Origin: the human T2T-CHM13v2.0 reference genome, Homo sapiens
Strand: one strand, 5' to 3'
Length of the DNA stretch: 64,000 nucleotides
Assembly (NCBI RefSeq): GCF_009914755.1
Contig: NC_060929.1
Shown here: positions 58,227 to 64,000 of the stretch, one piece after another
Layout of the letters: the number at the start of each line of letters is the position of its first letter
Numbering within the stretch: position 1 is the first letter of the stretch
Notes under the pieces: model-generated
What the model saw: only the letters and a program-made list of their open reading frames with translations
Database searches by the model: none
What the model was told of the DNA's origin: nothing
Translations under genes and position numbers: made by a program

Positions 58227-59164
58227 GTATAGTCCGGTTTAATTTGTATGAGTTAGTCTTTTTCTTGTTTGCCAGCAAAGACTCGTACATATGCCCTGCC
58301 CCTCCCCTCCTACCAACATCTCTTCTCTTCATAACTTCCAGAATTATCTATTTAAAGAGTAAATCAACCATATTGCTTCTGTGCTCAAAATCTCCGTTGG
58401 TTTCCATCCCATACAGTATAGCCCAAAGTCCCCATCATGGCCTTCAGAGACCTACATGGTCTGGCCCTGGCTACCTCTTCACCCTTAGCTCCTTCCACTC
58501 TGCCCTTCATTCAAGGCCTCTGATCACCCTTGGCCGCCCTGCTGTTTGTCAGGGGGGCCAAGCAGGCCCCCACTCAGGGCCTCTGCCCTGCTTTTTTCTG
58601 TCTGGGACTGTTCTTCGTGGCAGTCATGCGTCCATGTGGCTCACTCACTTCCTTGTGCTGCACTGGCTTCGGCTCACACAGGCACAGATCATCTGACACG
58701 CAGCCCTGCAGCCCCCACGCCATCTCCTCACCGTGCTTTATTTTCCCTCTCCATGCTTAGCGCTGTGTAATAGACCTGTTTCTTCATGATCTGTCTCTGC
58801 CTCTGCATTGTAAGCTGCTGTAGGAGGGGTTGCCTCATTCATTCACTCCTGTTTTCCAAGAACCTAAAACAGTCCCTGGCCAGGGTAGGCGTCCAGTTGT
58901 ATAATGAATGCACGAGTGACTTGGACTAGGTTAGTGGTGTTGGAGACAGAAAGAAGTGAACCAGTCCCAGAGATGTCCAGGAGATACAGCCAGCAGGACT
59001 TGGATTCGATGTGGAAGATAAACGAGATAGGGTTGTCAGGGATGCTTGTTTTGTTTCTGGTTTGTTCTGGGATGGCCGGTGTCATTCAATGAGATACTAC
59101 CACTGGAAGGAGATTAGATTTGGAGGATGGTATGAGTTTGATATTTTTACTTTGCAGGGGAATT

Positions 59165-61205
<2,041 letters not shown>

Positions 61206-61235
61206 TCTGTTTTTTTTTTCTTTTTTTTTTTTTGA

Positions 61236-61346
<111 letters not shown>

Positions 61347-61522
61347 TGAGTAGCTGAGATTACAGGTGTGCACCACTATGCCCAGCTGATTTTTGTATTT
61401 TTAGCAGAAACAGCGTTTCACCATTTTGGCCAGGCTGGTCTCGAACTCCTGGCCTCAAGTGATCCACCTGCCTCGACCTTTCAGATTGCTGGGATTACAG
61501 GCATGAGCCACCATGCCTGGCC

Positions 61523-63780
61523 CATTTCCTGCATTTGAATATTGGCCTCTCAAGCAAGGTTGGGTAAGTTTTCATGGACAATAGTATCCTGAAATGTGCT
61601 TTCCAAGTTACTTGCCTTCTCCCCACTTCTTTCAGGGATGGCAATGAGTCGTAGATTTTGTCTCTTTACATAATCCCTTATTTCTCAGGTTTTGTTCATT
61701 GGTTTTTATTCTTTTTCTTTATTTTTATCTGTCTATCTGGCTGAGTTCAGAGAGCCAGACTTTGAGCTCTGAGATTTTTTCCTCAGCTTGGTCTGTTCTG
61801 CATTTCAGTTGCATTATGAAATTCTTGTAGTATGTTTTTGAGCTCTATTAGATCAGTTTGGTTCTTTCTTATCATGGCCATTTTGTCTATCACCTCCTCT
61901 ATTATTTTACTGTAATCCTTACATTCCTTGGATTGGGTTTCAACTTTCTCTTGAATCTTTATGATCTTTGTTCCTGTCCATGTTCTGAGTTCTGTTTCTG
62001 TCATTTCAGCCGCTTAGGAGCCCTTGCTGAGAAACTAGTGCAGTCTTTTGGAGGAAAGAAGACACCCTGGGTTTTTGATTTGCCAGAGTTCTCATGATGG
62101 TTCTTTTTCATCTGTGTGAGCTTAATGTTTCATTAACTGTGATGTAATTTGAGTATAGTCAGTTGACTTCTTTTTGAATGTTTTCAGAGGGCCAGTGTTT
62201 TATGCAGGGTGTTTATTTGTAGCTGAATTCTTGTCCTAGTTTCACAGAGGGGTATATTAGCAAAGTAATTTTGGTGTTAAAGTTTGGGCTGTGGTCTGGT
62301 AGATGGGCTTAAGTGTTATGGCCAGTAGGTAGGCTCTTACTCAGCTATGTGACTCCTCTGTATTTCCTCAAGATTGCAGCCGTGCCCCTCAGTGCTCTGA
62401 AAATGTGGGCTCCTCTCCCACTCGAGTGCTGGCTGCACATCTCAGCTTAGCATTGCCAGGCTGCCCACCATAGCTCTGGGGTGATCTTGGTTTATGTTCG
62501 CTTCCTAGCTTGGAGGCAACAGGGGAAGGGACTCCGGTTGGTGGTAGTTGTGGCAGAGAGCCTTTCACTTGTCTATGGGCCTCTACCCTAAAGAGATGCA
62601 GAACCACTGTCAATCAGTGCAGTCGGCCCAGGGTGGGTGACTGCCCTGTGCCCAAGATGGGGAAGGAGGCCCTGCCTGGTGAGGAGCAGGAGGAGCTGGC
62701 AGGGGAAGGGAGGTCACCAGCGAGACAGACTGACTGCTGCTTATGGCAACTGCAGCTTCCTGGAGGTACAGCTGAAGTACTCAGGGTTTTTGTTCCTTCC
62801 TCTGTCCAAGGGTAGCAAGGGCAATACCACTGCAGTGGCAGTGACAGAGGGACTTTCGGTTGCCTCTGTCAGCTCCACCTCAGAAACATGGAGCCACTGC
62901 TACTGGGAATCTTCAGCCGAGGGGCGAGGTGGCTACCCTGCTGGCCTGAGGTGGGGGATCTACTTGGTGAAGAGTCAGGGATTGGTTCTCACAGGGAGAA
63001 GAGACTGGGCTCCTGTCCATATGGTGACTGTGGCATGCTAGAAGCCCAGATGAAGGCTTCACTGTTTCTTCCCCAGACTGAGGGCAGCAGGTGTAGGACT
63101 GCTGCTGTGGCAGTGGCATAGGGGCTATCAGTTGCCTCTGGGAGTCCTTCCTCAGGGAAGACAGAGCCACTACCAGTGGGAATGCTCAGCCAGGGGAGGG
63201 ACGGCTGTTCTGCTGTCCAAAGCCAGGGTCCCTGCCTGGTGAAGAGTTGGCTATGGGAGCTCACAAGGTAGAGAGACTGGGCTCATCTCCATATGGTGGC
63301 TGTAGTGTACTAGAGGTACCAGTGTAGCGACCGGGCCCTGTGTTCCTTCCCAACCCAAGGGTGGATAGTGTGGTACCATTTTAGCTATAGTGGTGGAGGG
63401 GCTATGGGTTCTCTCTCAGATTTCCTCCTCAGAGAAATGCAGAGCCACCTCCAACTGAAGCATTCAGGTAGGCTTGATGGTTGTGCTGGAGTCCCAGGTC
63501 GGGAGGCCCTGTCCAGTGAGGAGAAGTGGAAATGGGGACCCGTGTGGGGAACAGTCTGGCCGCGTTTTGTGAGGCAGCTGTGCACTTCCTGGAGTTCTGT
63601 TCCAGTCCCTAATCACTGTGCCCCCTCCAGAGCCTGAGGGCAACAGCAGTGAGGGCTGTGGCACAGCAAAAATAGCAGCCTGCCTCTCCCTTCGGGAGCT
63701 CTGACCTAGGGAAGTACAGAGCTGCTACTGGCCCGAGAGCCTAGGCAGGGCTGGTGTGACCATGCGAGGGTCCCAGGACG
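61523..63780 (-). mobile_element. Old primate L1 (L1PA-old/L1PB) 5'UTR and ORF1, antisense in the ZNF intron
   Basis: ORF 61783-62004 (-) MTETELRTWTGTKIIKIQEKVETQSKE...KNQTDLIELKNILQEFHNA is L1 ORF1p coiled coil. The GC-rich 5'UTR has internal ~270-bp repeats. Confidence 0.8.
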
Positions 63781-64000
63781 ATGCATATTTCGGCCTGCTT
63801 GATGGCATCCTACATGGCCCTTAAGTTCTGTTCACTTTTTAAGTATTTTCTACTTTTTCTTCCTTAGACTCAAGGAATTTTAATTTTCCTATCTTAAACT
63901 TTGTTGATTTTTCCTATGGCCCGCTTAAACCTTTTGAATTTCCCTAGTGAAATTTTCATTTCAGTTATTATGCTTTCAACTCCTAGAATTTCCTCTTGGT

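Overview
Primate, most likely human, genomic DNA that is very rich in Alu, L1 and LTR repeats. The one clear protein-coding gene is a KRAB zinc-finger gene on the + strand. Its N-terminus ([28 protein letters not shown]...[31 protein letters not shown]) matches ZNF354B (5q35.3) as I recall it. Its CpG-island promoter and exons 1-4 lie at about 47.0-54.3 kb, and the zinc-finger exon is outside the window. The first ~21 kb looks like a segmental-duplication mosaic. It holds tandemly reiterated decayed L1 pieces, a candidate minus-strand non-coding first exon, an out-of-place (orphon) immunoglobulin lambda V pseudogene with a decayed 23-RSS, a diverged ~0.5 kb direct duplication, and a REP522-like GC-rich repeat with a ~650 bp palindrome carrying six symmetric CCAAT boxes and a TATA box. 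At 27.3-29.2 kb there is a full-length processed CCDC86 pseudogene with target-site duplications, followed by an inverted templated copy of its own 5' end. Almost all ORFs in the supplied track are Alu/L1/GC-rich artefacts. I see no convincing new biological system. The best leads are the IGLV orphon, the inverted CCDC86 duplication and the CCAAT palindrome. Gene and repeat-family names come from memory of the sequences and were not checked against a database.
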